Positions 36,453 through 45,827 of a stretch of 50,126 nucleotides of DNA are shown piece by piece. The stretch's first letter is position 1, and each line of letters begins with the position of its first letter. Source of the DNA: a virus (taxonomy: Duplodnaviria > Caudoviricetes). Below the pieces are notes generated by a model. That model searched no databases and was not told the DNA's origin. It worked only from the letters and a program-made list of their open reading frames with translations. Location: positions 1 through 50,126 of the IMG/VR virus record IMGVR_UViG_3300005921_000003, one strand, 5' to 3'. Position numbers and translations under genes: made by a program.

Positions 36453-37412
36453 TTAGGCGTTGCTTATTGATTGATATTGGCCGCATGAGCTCGGCTTACG
36501 GACAACATAGTTGCCCATCGCGAGAACCTGCCCAACTTCGATCGGCTGGTTGTACGGACGCATGAAGCCGGTGAAGATGAACTCTTGCTGCTTGTGCAAG
36601 AATAGCTGCACGTGGTCTAAGTTGATGAACCACATTGTCCCGGCAGGAACGCCGGCGTCCATCACAAGCGCTGCGCCTTGGAAGGCGAGGTTGTTAAATC
36701 CGAGGTTGCCAACCGAATCGTCGGTGAAGAGTTCTTGCGGTGTTAGCAGAGCCCAATATGAGGCGTAGCCCGTTTTCGTCGTAACGATGAGTTGAATTCG
36801 CTCTTCGTCGGTTTGGCACTGCGTAAACAGCGTCATCATCGAGGCGGTCGAAAGAGCCGTCGCCGTTCCTGGGTTGACGATCTGCGCCTGCCACCACGGG
36901 TTCGCGATGCGGTCGATGCCGTTATAAACCTGGAAACCGGCCGCGTTATTGATCGCGGCTGCTAAGCCGTCCCAATCCTTACCGCCATTGCCGTTTCCGT
37001 TTCCGAACGCCATCCTTCCGACCGTATCGAAGCAGGCCATGAAGGCCGACTCCGTTTTGGCCGCAACGAAATCCAAGCCGCTTTCCTTATCGACGCACCG
37101 CAACTTGTCGGTTTCTACGATATTGACTGATCCGTAGGCAGCGCACCAGCGCGACTCGACGTTCGTGAACTCTTCCTGAGCGTCCGTGTTGAAAATGTCC
37201 GCTCCGAAGTACGAACCCGTCGCCTCGTTTGGCTGAGCCAAGATCGGCTGCGTCACGATGGAACCGCCGTTGATGCGCTTCACGCGCCCCGCGGAGTTCA
37301 AGATACCGAGCAACGCCCTCGATTGATAGCGTTGGTCGATAACGTTGGGCCGCACGTATCGGTTGGCGAAGGTGTTGACTTCGTTCGTGCTGTTATACGG
37401 GATGCCGTTCAC
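36453..37412 (-). CDS. Major capsid protein (HK97 fold)
   Basis: GG.I..P, FG.G.G.GGK...GL, Y.GIDR...WW, LGF.NL.F.G, FIN; follows the scaffold. Confidence 0.85.
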   Translation of the reverse strand: MNGIPYNSTNEVNTFANRYVRPNVIDQRYQSRALLGILNSAGRVKRINGGSIVTQPILAQPNEATGSYFGADIFNTDAQEEFTNVESRWCAAYGSVNIVETDKLRCVDKESGLDFVAAKTESAFMACFDTVGRMAFGNGNGNGGKDWDGLAAAINNAAGFQVYNGIDRIANPWWQAQIVNPGTATALSTASMMTLFTQCQTDEERIQLIVTTKTGYASYWALLTPQELFTDDSVGNLGFNNLAFQGAALVMDAGVPAGTMWFINLDHVQLFLHKQQEFIFTGFMRPYNQPIEVGQVLAMGNYVVRKPSSCGQYQSISNA

Positions 37413-37423
37413 GAGTTATTCTC

Positions 37424-38713
37424 CTACTTTGTGTAGCCTTGATCGGCTAGGAAAGCTGCTGCCGCTCCGTCAAGCGGACCGCGGTATTCCTTGAGTACCG
37501 GGGGCCTAGACGAAACGGGCGGTGCTGGTTTAGTAGTTGGCAAAATTGCTGAGGTTGCCGGTGGTTCTCCAAGAACCCGAGGCGTTGGCGCAGCGGCGGC
37601 AGAGGCATGAGCCATGACGCGACGCGCTTGTGCGTCCTTCATCATCTCCAAGAAATGCCGCTGTTGAGCGATCGCCTCCATGTATCCGCGGCGCTGAAGC
37701 GGAGGGATATTCTTAGCCTCGTCCTCGTTATACATGGCTGTCGCAACGGCTTGAACCGCTTCCCACGCCTTCCGATCTTGCCGTAAAAACGGCCAATCGT
37801 TGAGGATGCTCGTTACCTCACGCTCGGCACGCTGCTGCAGAAGAGAATTCTCAAGCAGTTCTTGATTGGCGGCAAGCTTGTCATAGCGCGGGTCCGTCGG
37901 AGCCTGCGCCGATGGCGATGGGCCAACCGTTCCAAAAGCCGCGCGTTGGTCGGGGGGAATCTGTTTAAAATCGTTGATGAGTTGCGTGACGTAGTTAATC
38001 GTCGCCGGGTCCATCGCGGCAACTTCATCGAGGAGAGGTCCACGAGCTGGATTCTCTTGAAGCGCTCGGGTGAACGGCTCGATAAAACGTGTAATCGCCG
38101 TTTTAACGTCCGGAGCGCCAATGCTCTTGAGCATTTGGTCCCGCTCAGTGGCGGCGGCCCGCGCCGATTGAAGCTCTTGCTGAAGCGTCGCCCGCTCTTG
38201 TAGACCGGTGACAATATCGGAGCGCGTCCACTCTTGCTCGCCGTCGAGCAGCTTGATTGGCTCACGCGGGTCGTACTCGTCACGCGCGACCGGAGCCGCT
38301 ACTGTCGGAGCGGAAGTTGGTGCCTCCGCCGAAACGGGAGGCTTGGCTGGATCGAATGGCAGGTCGCCGGATCCACCCGACGTATCGGGCGGCGTTGTCA
38401 GCTCTTCGACCGCGCCTTGTACGGGGGTATCTGTTGGAGGAGCATCCGACGGCGGCGGGGCCGCAGCGTCGGGAACAATGGGTTCGGCAGGGGGAGTGTC
38501 GGGCTTTGAAGCGGGAGCAGGCGGAGTTACCGCGCTCACCGGCTCGCCGGCTAAATCCATCGCAGGCGTATCCTCATCCGGGATACCACCGCGATTCTCT
38601 CGGATGAACTTCGCCGCTAAATTGGGCGGTTCGGGCGGAGGCGTATACTCCTTGCCGCCACCGATGAGAGGGCGCTGATTCGCGCCGACCTTGCTTTTAA
38701 ACTTTCTCGACAT
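37424..38713 (-). CDS. Scaffolding protein
   Basis: Pro/acidic disordered N-terminus plus helical core; directly upstream of the capsid gene. Confidence 0.65.
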   Translation of the reverse strand: MSRKFKSKVGANQRPLIGGGKEYTPPPEPPNLAAKFIRENRGGIPDEDTPAMDLAGEPVSAVTPPAPASKPDTPPAEPIVPDAAAPPPSDAPPTDTPVQGAVEELTTPPDTSGGSGDLPFDPAKPPVSAEAPTSAPTVAAPVARDEYDPREPIKLLDGEQEWTRSDIVTGLQERATLQQELQSARAAATERDQMLKSIGAPDVKTAITRFIEPFTRALQENPARGPLLDEVAAMDPATINYVTQLINDFKQIPPDQRAAFGTVGPSPSAQAPTDPRYDKLAANQELLENSLLQQRAEREVTSILNDWPFLRQDRKAWEAVQAVATAMYNEDEAKNIPPLQRRGYMEAIAQQRHFLEMMKDAQARRVMAHASAAAAPTPRVLGEPPATSAILPTTKPAPPVSSRPPVLKEYRGPLDGAAAAFLADQGYTK

Positions 38714-38771
38714 ACTCTCTTTCAGACACCGGAAAAGGCCGAGTTGCCCCGGCCTTTAAGCCGAGGCGATC

Positions 38772-38948
38772 TTAACGCTTTTTGGCGCGGTAAGACTTGC
38801 GCTTTTTGACGCGAGAAGTCTTGCGGCGGTGATGCCGGGGAGCCTTCTTCATGCCCGCTTCGTGCAGGGCAATGTGGGACTTTCTCTTGCCCTTGCTTCG
38901 GGCGACCCGATGACTCGATTTCTTCGCGTGCGATTTGCGAACTGCCAT
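38772..38948 (-). CDS. Protamine/histone-like basic protein
   Basis: AAGGAGGAG RBS; MAVRKSHAKKSSHRVARSKGKRK..., very K/R/H-rich. Confidence 0.7.
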   Translation of the reverse strand: MAVRKSHAKKSSHRVARSKGKRKSHIALHEAGMKKAPRHHRRKTSRVKKRKSYRAKKR

Positions 38949-38982
38949 GTGCTCCTCCTTTCCCGAAAGATTTCCGCAAGGA

Positions 38983-39029
38983 AGCATGGCAGGACCACGC
39001 GCTTAGTTACCTGGCAAAAGTTGAGGGAG
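38983..39029 (-). promoter_or_regulatory. Putative late promoter, copy 2
   Basis: CTCCCTCAACTT-N29-CATGCT, upstream of the basic protein/scaffold/capsid operon. Confidence 0.7.
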
Positions 39030-39031
39030 CC

Positions 39032-39400
39032 CTACATAAGTCCCGCTGAACCCGAGTCAAGCTCAGGGCTCGCGTCGAGTTGCGCGGCACCAGGAACGCC
39101 CGGCTCACCTAACGGCGGACCAGGGTTTTCGTTCGGCTTAGGCTTCGTTGCATTCTTGATCTGCCCGATGAATGCGTTGATTTCCTGAAAAAGCTCTGGC
39201 GCGTAACCTTGCAAGTCGCGCAACGCCGCGATCGCCTCGCCGCCCACCGTCGTCTTGGTGCGGGTTGGGCTTCCGGTCGGCATTGCCCCCATGCCCGTCG
39301 GTGGTGGCGGGAGCTGCTTGCTGGGTATCGGGCCGAGGCCGGGACTCGCCGGGTTCGGTGCCGATTTTACCGCGTCGGCGACGTTGCCTAAATATGCCAT
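39032..39400 (-). CDS. Pro-rich hypothetical protein
   Basis: Between portal and scaffold. Confidence 0.6.
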   Translation of the reverse strand: MAYLGNVADAVKSAPNPASPGLGPIPSKQLPPPPTGMGAMPTGSPTRTKTTVGGEAIAALRDLQGYAPELFQEINAFIGQIKNATKPKPNENPGPPLGEPGVPGAAQLDASPELDSGSAGLM

Positions 39401-39415
39401 TTCAGTATCCTATCA

Positions 39416-41461
39416 TTACGGAGTAGCGCTGGGTCCACGTTTAGATTGAGCGATGGATCGAGATGGAGATTTTGGCGACGTCTTGCTTGCGGCTTTCAGG
39501 GCTGCGCCCTTCATTGCGTCCTGCTCCTGCTGTTTCATTAATCGCGGCAACTCAGTTTTCCATCCAGGCAAACGTTCATGGCGATGCCACCAAACTTTGT
39601 CAACTAGGCCCTCTTTGTAAAATGAGATCCATTTGGCGGCTACAGCGGCAGGCGACGTTGAAAGCGAACTGATCGGCACCACCTTGAACTCGATCTGCCC
39701 TTGAATGTCGAGGTTCGTGTACCGTTTAAACTGAACCGACACTTCCGACGCTGGCGCAACCACATCGAAGTCCAGGTCGTCCGCGCCGATGCGAAGCGGC
39801 CTATCGCCGTTATCGAACTGCTGCATTTGCTGAACGGTGATTTTCCCGAAGCGCGTTAGGCCAGACTCGAAGTTTCTGACCTTGCCGCGAATCATGGCCG
39901 AGCCGGATTCTTGCAAGGCGTCCATTGTAGCGAACGCAGTGTTAGCCGCCGGAAGTTGCCCTTGCACCGCTTCGTTCACTCCGCTCATTTCCGAGATAGC
40001 GGCAGACAGAAGTTTATACAACTCGAAGAACTCAGGCGGAACGTTACCCTTTTCAAGCATCTTAATATCCGTAACGTTCTCGGCTGGGATAACCGTACCC
40101 ATACGGTTTTCAACCGAGCGAGGATCGACGCCCCCGCGCTTGACGACCCACGACGGATTACTTGTCTTTTCGAGAATTTCGTAAACGTGGCTGGCGATTC
40201 GCATGATGGCAACGGCGCATGACTGCAGTTGCAACGGCTCGCCCTGACCGTAAATCCCGCCAACGTCTTTGTCTTTCCAGACAGCGAACGGGAACCCGTC
40301 GTTCTGATACGGGTTGGGTATATCGCGTAGCAAGACATTCCCGGCCGCGATCTGAACAAGACGGCCATTAGGAAACTTTAAGCGAGTGCGCTTCACCATG
40401 ACCGGAACCATCTTGGGTTCACGAACGAGCGCTGTAATTTGCGTTCCATCTATTTCGCTGGTAATCGTCTTGGAACCGACCACTTTCATCTGAGCGACGC
40501 CATCTACTATTTCTGGCTCAAATACAAGACGACCATCTCTGCCGACTTCTTGAAGTTCGTACTCTTCTCGCGTTTGATCTGTGAACCAAAACTCGGCCAT
40601 TTCAACGGTATCTGTGTCATCTTCATAGTCCGTAGCTTGTCCCCGAAGCTGCGGCATAATGATTTGCTGTTTGGTTTTCATCGCCGATAGAACGACGGGT
40701 TGCGTCTGTTGCCCGCGTCGGATGTTGTCCGATGGGTAACCGTCCTCACCGCGAGGGATCATTCCCCCACCGCGAAGGTTGTCAATGACACGAGCCTTAT
40801 CGGGGAAGTTTCTCCTAATCCATCCCATCGTGATTTTTTCGATATGGATGATAAACTCGGCATCTTCGATACAGGTCGCAGTATCGTTTAACCAAATGCG
40901 TTCAGGAGGGATGACTTCAACGTTATGTTTACCGCGTCCGCCATTGGCGTACGAATCGTACGTTTTCTTTATGAATGCATAACCAAAGACGAGCCCGTAA
41001 AGAATCCATAAGGCGACCTTTGCCTGCATATCCTCGTCGTCCCAAAATCGGTCAACCAGTCGGCGCAGTAAATCAGCTGCATCTTCTGAGCCTGGAACCT
41101 CTGGCTCGATCGCAAAGCGCGGCTTTTGGTCCGTCATTATCGCCGCTATGAACTCTACGACGGCCCGAATCTTGTTTGGTGTTATGCGTGCACGAGAGGG
41201 ATTATTAACGCGACGGTCAGGCCACTCTCCGTTAAAGAGCGCCCAGGCTCGGTCGTAGGTTTCGTATGGTTTGCGGGATGTTTGCGCCGACGAAAGCATC
41301 TTGCGGCAGTAGCGGAGGATTTTTAACTGTTCGTAATCCTCTGCGGTCAGTTCGGATTGATCGTCGCGCTCGGGAATATGGTGGCCCTGTTTGGCTGCTT
41401 CGCGCTTGCGCGCGTCCCAGTCGGCCTTTCTCGTCCCGTTTCCCGTTGCGGTAACTGCCAC
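39416..41461 (-). CDS. Portal protein (P22-like)
   Basis: N.I...V, G.AF.K, FPNGR, FPF, G.GE, SGV.E..QG motifs; 681 aa; position. Confidence 0.85.
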   Translation of the reverse strand: MAVTATGNGTRKADWDARKREAAKQGHHIPERDDQSELTAEDYEQLKILRYCRKMLSSAQTSRKPYETYDRAWALFNGEWPDRRVNNPSRARITPNKIRAVVEFIAAIMTDQKPRFAIEPEVPGSEDAADLLRRLVDRFWDDEDMQAKVALWILYGLVFGYAFIKKTYDSYANGGRGKHNVEVIPPERIWLNDTATCIEDAEFIIHIEKITMGWIRRNFPDKARVIDNLRGGGMIPRGEDGYPSDNIRRGQQTQPVVLSAMKTKQQIIMPQLRGQATDYEDDTDTVEMAEFWFTDQTREEYELQEVGRDGRLVFEPEIVDGVAQMKVVGSKTITSEIDGTQITALVREPKMVPVMVKRTRLKFPNGRLVQIAAGNVLLRDIPNPYQNDGFPFAVWKDKDVGGIYGQGEPLQLQSCAVAIMRIASHVYEILEKTSNPSWVVKRGGVDPRSVENRMGTVIPAENVTDIKMLEKGNVPPEFFELYKLLSAAISEMSGVNEAVQGQLPAANTAFATMDALQESGSAMIRGKVRNFESGLTRFGKITVQQMQQFDNGDRPLRIGADDLDFDVVAPASEVSVQFKRYTNLDIQGQIEFKVVPISSLSTSPAAVAAKWISFYKEGLVDKVWWHRHERLPGWKTELPRLMKQQEQDAMKGAALKAASKTSPKSPSRSIAQSKRGPSATP

Positions 41462-41474
41462 TTGGAGAGCGTAC

Positions 41475-41912
41475 CTATTGGGGCGGTTTGGATAATAGTG
41501 ATTCTAACGTGACGCCAGGAGGAAGCGTTGCATTTGGTAGAGGGGCTATCCTGGACCCCGCAATGTCCTGCGGAGTTGCGTTGGGAATCGGCCTCATGCC
41601 GCTAAAGCGTTGAATTTCTTCCGGCGTGGCATTTGGAATTGGCGTAATTCCCGGAGGAAGCGAACGCTGGTGAGTAAGTCGCTGGTGTAGCATTTGGCGG
41701 TGTTCCGGCGATATTTCATTTAAAAAGCTGCGCCATGCGTGGTCGCCGGACTGTACGAATGGCATCCACGAAGGGTCAGCAGCCACATCGTACGGTGGCG
41801 GTTCGGTGCTCGGAACCGGCGGAGGAGTTGAAAGCGACCCTGGTCCCGGCGGGGGGGTGGGCGTTCCAAGGCTGGGATTTCCCAGCGCGGCCGCTCGTTG
41901 CAAGTAGGCCAT
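41475..41912 (-). CDS. Pro-rich protein with P(I/L)PNAT repeats
   Basis: Three P(I/L)PNAT units. Confidence 0.55.
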   Translation of the reverse strand: MAYLQRAAALGNPSLGTPTPPPGPGSLSTPPPVPSTEPPPYDVAADPSWMPFVQSGDHAWRSFLNEISPEHRQMLHQRLTHQRSLPPGITPIPNATPEEIQRFSGMRPIPNATPQDIAGSRIAPLPNATLPPGVTLESLLSKPPQ

Positions 41913-41915
41913 GCG

Positions 41916-42263
41916 CTACGGACCCGTAACCGTCTGGAAAAGCCGGGCGACTAAATACGGCGCGCTTGCTGTCGCAGCAGCCGCGGCAGTCGCTTCCGCC
42001 GTTGCCTTCGGAAGATACGTCGCTACTGAAGCCGCCTGGATAATCCAGGAGTCCGGACCAGTCCCGCCTTCACCAGAAAGCGTTGCCGTCGGTCCAAAGA
42101 ACTCCTCAATAACGTTGGCTGTCACATAAGGAGCCGAGGATGCGCCGGCAGAGGCCGTGATCGCAGCGTCACGCGCTGCCGTATAGGTTCCATACGTGGT
42201 GAACCCACTGGCGGCTGCTGCGATGAACTGTCTATCCTGGGCAAGTAACGCGACCGTTGCCAT
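41916..42263 (-). CDS. Ala/Thr-rich protein with internal duplication
   Basis: GGAGG RBS; two TY...A...A...SAPY(V/L) halves. Confidence 0.65.
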   Translation of the reverse strand: MATVALLAQDRQFIAAAASGFTTYGTYTAARDAAITASAGASSAPYVTANVIEEFFGPTATLSGEGGTGPDSWIIQAASVATYLPKATAEATAAAAATASAPYLVARLFQTVTGP

Positions 42264-42264
42264 G

Positions 42265-42663
42265 TTATTTTCCTCCTACCGCTCGCTTTGTCGTTTCTTG
42301 AGGCGTCATATTCGCCCTCTTTGCCATCTCTCGCAGCTTGCGCGTGCTGCCGATCTCGGAGTTTGCGACGGGACGCTTGCGTTTGATTGTACGCTGACCA
42401 TACGCATTGCGCGGTCCCCACTCCTCAACGACCCCCGGAAGCGCCATATTGAAACCCGCCGTTCCCTGCCGAACTCGATCCGGATGGGTTGAGTCCTCGG
42501 GGCCCGCGTCAATGCTGAAGTTGAGGCACTTGGCGGCAAACGGATTTCGCGCATTGGAGCACCCGAAGCAGCGCGGAGACTTGGCCTGCGGGTAGTCCTT
42601 GGTTCCTTCGCCACACTCGACGCAAATACGATCGACGAAGCCTTCGGCTTCAACGGTGTACAC
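42265..42663 (-). CDS. Zn-ribbon (FmdB-like) protein
   Basis: CVEC...CFGC; leaderless GTG. Confidence 0.6.
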   Translation of the reverse strand: MYTVEAEGFVDRICVECGEGTKDYPQAKSPRCFGCSNARNPFAAKCLNFSIDAGPEDSTHPDRVRQGTAGFNMALPGVVEEWGPRNAYGQRTIKRKRPVANSEIGSTRKLREMAKRANMTPQETTKRAVGGK

Positions 42664-42669
42664 GACCCA

Positions 42670-42716
42670 ATGGTGCCGAGCCTCACTGTGCCAACCAACC
42701 CTAAAAGTTGAGGGAG
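42670..42716 (-). promoter_or_regulatory. Putative late promoter, copy 1
   Basis: CTCCCTCAACTT-N29-CACCAT-N6-GTG, immediately after the terL stop. Confidence 0.7.
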
Positions 42717-42717
42717 A

Positions 42718-44685
42718 TTACAGAACATAGAAAAGGTCGTCTGCGTCCTCTTCTTCCTCGCCATAGTCATACGGCGAGGGCTCCTGAGGCTCGAACGGGT
42801 CGAATGGCTCACGCGAACCATCGGACGGAACCGGAACATCCAGGTCAATCGTTCGCGGTTCCCACTCAGCCCCGAGCAGCGCACCCTCAAGCTTCGCGAC
42901 GGCGCACGCGATGTAGAAGCTAGAAACGAGATCGTCGTGCCGGTTGACGCCGCCGTATTGTTCGTCTATCCGGCTCAGTTGCCGGAACGAACTCATTTCC
43001 ATGACGAGCTCCTCGGAGTAGATATTGACCGTATCCGTTTCAACCGCGCGAACCATTGTGTTGACGGCAAACGGGACCGTCTTGAGATTGGACTCCCACC
43101 CAATATGCTTACTTGTTGGAGTTCCACTCGTGCCTGGTATGCGATAGTGCCAGAGGCTGTAAAGCTGATTGTGGTCGATACTCGTGCAGGTCGCCGTTCC
43201 AGGCCCGGTCCATTCGGGGGCGAGGATCACGTACCCGGAGGATCCGACCATGTTCTTGCAGCCCCATGCGAGCGCAGCGAGCACTTCTCCAAACGCAATG
43301 GTATTGAGCTTGCCGCGCCACGTCATTATCAACTCATCGCGCCCAAAGTCGCTCGTCGCTAAGACGCACGCCGTAGAATAGTCGCCGTCTGGAGAAAGCG
43401 GGTTGCCTGCTCCAACATCGGCTCCTATGACCAACCGTTCACCCGAATTGGGCCAGCGCCATACCTGTAGGCATGACGCGGTTTTCTCGGCGTCATGCGG
43501 AGCGAACCCATCGGCCCGAGCCTCCTCAATCGAACGGAACTTGGGGCGGCGCACAGCATCGTTGGTCGCAATGTATCGGTTCTGAGAATCGCTATCTCCC
43601 CAATACACATCACCGCGCCACCTCGGTTCTGTCGTGCGACACGAGAGCCTGGTTAAAGCCGGAATGGAAAAGACGCTCTCTCCAGATGAAAGGAACGCCT
43701 CAACAAGCGTGCCAGGGTATTCTTGAAGGAACAACTCCGGTCGTTTGTTATACGGCGGCTCATTGTGCTTTGAGACGTACCAGTGCATTTGTTCGAGCGT
43801 TACGTGTGGAAACTGTTTGATCACGTCCCGCTCTTCAGATTTTAGGTTCCGTTCAAACTCGCGGCGAGCGCCATCGTCAGCGAATGGGATCCTGAACGAG
43901 TTGACCATCTCATGCCACGGGACAAAGACCAGTTTCATTTGTCCGTAGCGTGTATGGGTGCTCAGACTAGCATCGAGAGCTTGCTCGTAAAACCATTCGC
44001 CTTTTCCTGATTGGCCGGCCGCGGTAGATTCGATATAGACCGCCGTGTGCGCGCTCTCTCCCAGCGTCGGCATGAGCGATCGAAACGCCTCTTCTGCATC
44101 ATCAAAGCGCGAGGCTTCCGAGAAATGGATGTTCTGAAAGTCGAACGAAAGATAGGCGTCATAGCTCTTCGCTGAGCAAATATACACGTTTGAAAGGAGC
44201 GGCTCGTCAAACTCCATCTTGTCGGCAGACGGAGTATTATTGTATTTTGCTAGTAGTTTCGGACGAACTTCAAACTTGTGTGGCTTACCTCCGCTTGTAT
44301 GTATCACATGCTCAGGAAGGTTCTTCCAGAACCTCGTGCACATGTTGAGGACGTTTTCTGACGGCTTCAGTAAGTGCGTAACGATCAGGGAGTTTGTAAG
44401 CGGATTGGTTATCGTGTCGTGAAAGAGCAGCGACTCGACGCCAGTGGACAGTCCTACGCGGCGCGCCTTGACGACAATAATGCGAACCGGCATACGGCGC
44501 TCGCGGAAGTATTGATGCGCTGCGTACAATCGCATTTGAGCTTCATTGAAAAGAAGTGGTACAAGCGCGCGTTGACCGTAAGCTTTAATCTTAAATGTGT
44601 TTTCAATCGCGAAGCGAGGCTCACTGCGGAACCGATGGAGTTTAGCTAGGAGGTTATCCTCTCTAGTCTCCTTCAAACTCGGCAC
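42718..44685 (-). CDS. terL: Terminase large subunit
   Basis: KARRVGLST (Walker A), IHFSEA (Walker B), ESTA.G coupling motif, GADVG/DYS/HDDLV nuclease residues. Confidence 0.92.
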   Translation of the reverse strand: MPSLKETREDNLLAKLHRFRSEPRFAIENTFKIKAYGQRALVPLLFNEAQMRLYAAHQYFRERRMPVRIIVVKARRVGLSTGVESLLFHDTITNPLTNSLIVTHLLKPSENVLNMCTRFWKNLPEHVIHTSGGKPHKFEVRPKLLAKYNNTPSADKMEFDEPLLSNVYICSAKSYDAYLSFDFQNIHFSEASRFDDAEEAFRSLMPTLGESAHTAVYIESTAAGQSGKGEWFYEQALDASLSTHTRYGQMKLVFVPWHEMVNSFRIPFADDGARREFERNLKSEERDVIKQFPHVTLEQMHWYVSKHNEPPYNKRPELFLQEYPGTLVEAFLSSGESVFSIPALTRLSCRTTEPRWRGDVYWGDSDSQNRYIATNDAVRRPKFRSIEEARADGFAPHDAEKTASCLQVWRWPNSGERLVIGADVGAGNPLSPDGDYSTACVLATSDFGRDELIMTWRGKLNTIAFGEVLAALAWGCKNMVGSSGYVILAPEWTGPGTATCTSIDHNQLYSLWHYRIPGTSGTPTSKHIGWESNLKTVPFAVNTMVRAVETDTVNIYSEELVMEMSSFRQLSRIDEQYGGVNRHDDLVSSFYIACAVAKLEGALLGAEWEPRTIDLDVPVPSDGSREPFDPFEPQEPSPYDYGEEEEDADDLFYVL

Positions 44686-44835
44686 AGGCTGCTTCTCCGC
44701 AAGCCGCTAAAGCTGTCAGCAATACCGAATCGGGATTGTGGCCTTCAATCTCTTTCACGATCCGCTCCATGACTTTAGCGAACGCCAAACGGCCGCGGGC
44801 ATTGCAAATGTCGGGCGTGACGTTCTCAGGTCCAG

Positions 44836-45216
44836 TCATTCGTGTTCCTTTTTGACAACTGGAGGTACAAACTCGTTTGGATCAAGGTATCCCAATGCGT
44901 TCGCTATTGATACCAAGTGGGGCAGGTTTAAGGCTCCGAAGATTTGCCGCAAGTCAGCCAGAGAACGATAGACGGTAAACTTTGTATAGCCTGTCATTTC
45001 CACGATGGTATCGGCTGAGAACCCCATCGCGCACAGTCTCAGAATCCTTCCCATTTCTCGGTGTATCCGTAGGTCCGGAGCCGAACCTCGAAAGTGGTAG
45101 CAATCACAGTGACCGCAGAGATATACTTGGACCGGCGGGAACCGGCGTTTAATCAACTCGCGCTGAACGTGCTGGGCGCTTGATTCATCTGAAAATGCCG
45201 CCGCCGTGCAAATCAT
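44836..45216 (-). CDS. LuxR/GerE-type HTH regulator with N-terminal Zn-binding motif
   Basis: YLCGHCDCYH, then ILRLCAMGFS..TI..MTG....TV...L..LR..FGA.N..HLV.IA..LG. Confidence 0.7.
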   Translation of the reverse strand: MICTAAAFSDESSAQHVQRELIKRRFPPVQVYLCGHCDCYHFRGSAPDLRIHREMGRILRLCAMGFSADTIVEMTGYTKFTVYRSLADLRQIFGALNLPHLVSIANALGYLDPNEFVPPVVKKEHE

Positions 45217-45827
45217 CCCTCTTCAGCCACCTCGAAGATTCGTTCGGGCTCACCTGGCTCATGTGTTAAGAATTCCTCGGACGTCAACTCGGCCACCCCG
45301 CCAAGCATATCTTTCGTCGCGCCCTTTTGGCCTAAGAGGAAGAGGTTCTTTACGCTTGCGTCCACGACCGTTACTGGCTTCTCTTTATTCAGCCCACCTA
45401 AGCGCGCAAGCGCCTGGATCGCTCCAAGCGCCATCTTTCTGTCATCGCTAAACGCAATGGTATTGAGTTGCTGAACGTAGCTTCCGACGTTCGGTTCAAT
45501 TTCCGTCTCAACGATCTTTGATAGGATCGCTTGAACTCCAGGGGTCCCAAAGATGCGTTCTCCCAGGGCCTTCGTTTCTTTGGTTATGTGCTTGTTAATA
45601 TCGCGCTCAACTTTGAAACCGAGGCGCTTCAAAGCAAACTCGTAATTTTGGCGTTCGTATATCAGCGCTGCTGCTGCGGTTTGGTCGCGAACCTCTTGGG
45701 GAGAAAACGTTCCGAAGGCATCTTCGTTCTGAGTACCGTCGATTCCAAGCGCACCGCGCAATCGAGCGATCTCTTCTTTTAGCCTGTTTTCCTTTTCAAT
45801 CCAGTCCCGGAGAGAGAATTTACTCAC
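45213..45827 (-). CDS. Putative terminase small subunit
   Basis: Helical, AL.RLG.../ALGAIQALAR..G pattern, near terL; position-based call. Confidence 0.4.
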   Translation of the reverse strand: MSKFSLRDWIEKENRLKEEIARLRGALGIDGTQNEDAFGTFSPQEVRDQTAAAALIYERQNYEFALKRLGFKVERDINKHITKETKALGERIFGTPGVQAILSKIVETEIEPNVGSYVQQLNTIAFSDDRKMALGAIQALARLGGLNKEKPVTVVDASVKNLFLLGQKGATKDMLGGVAELTSEEFLTHEPGEPERIFEVAEEG

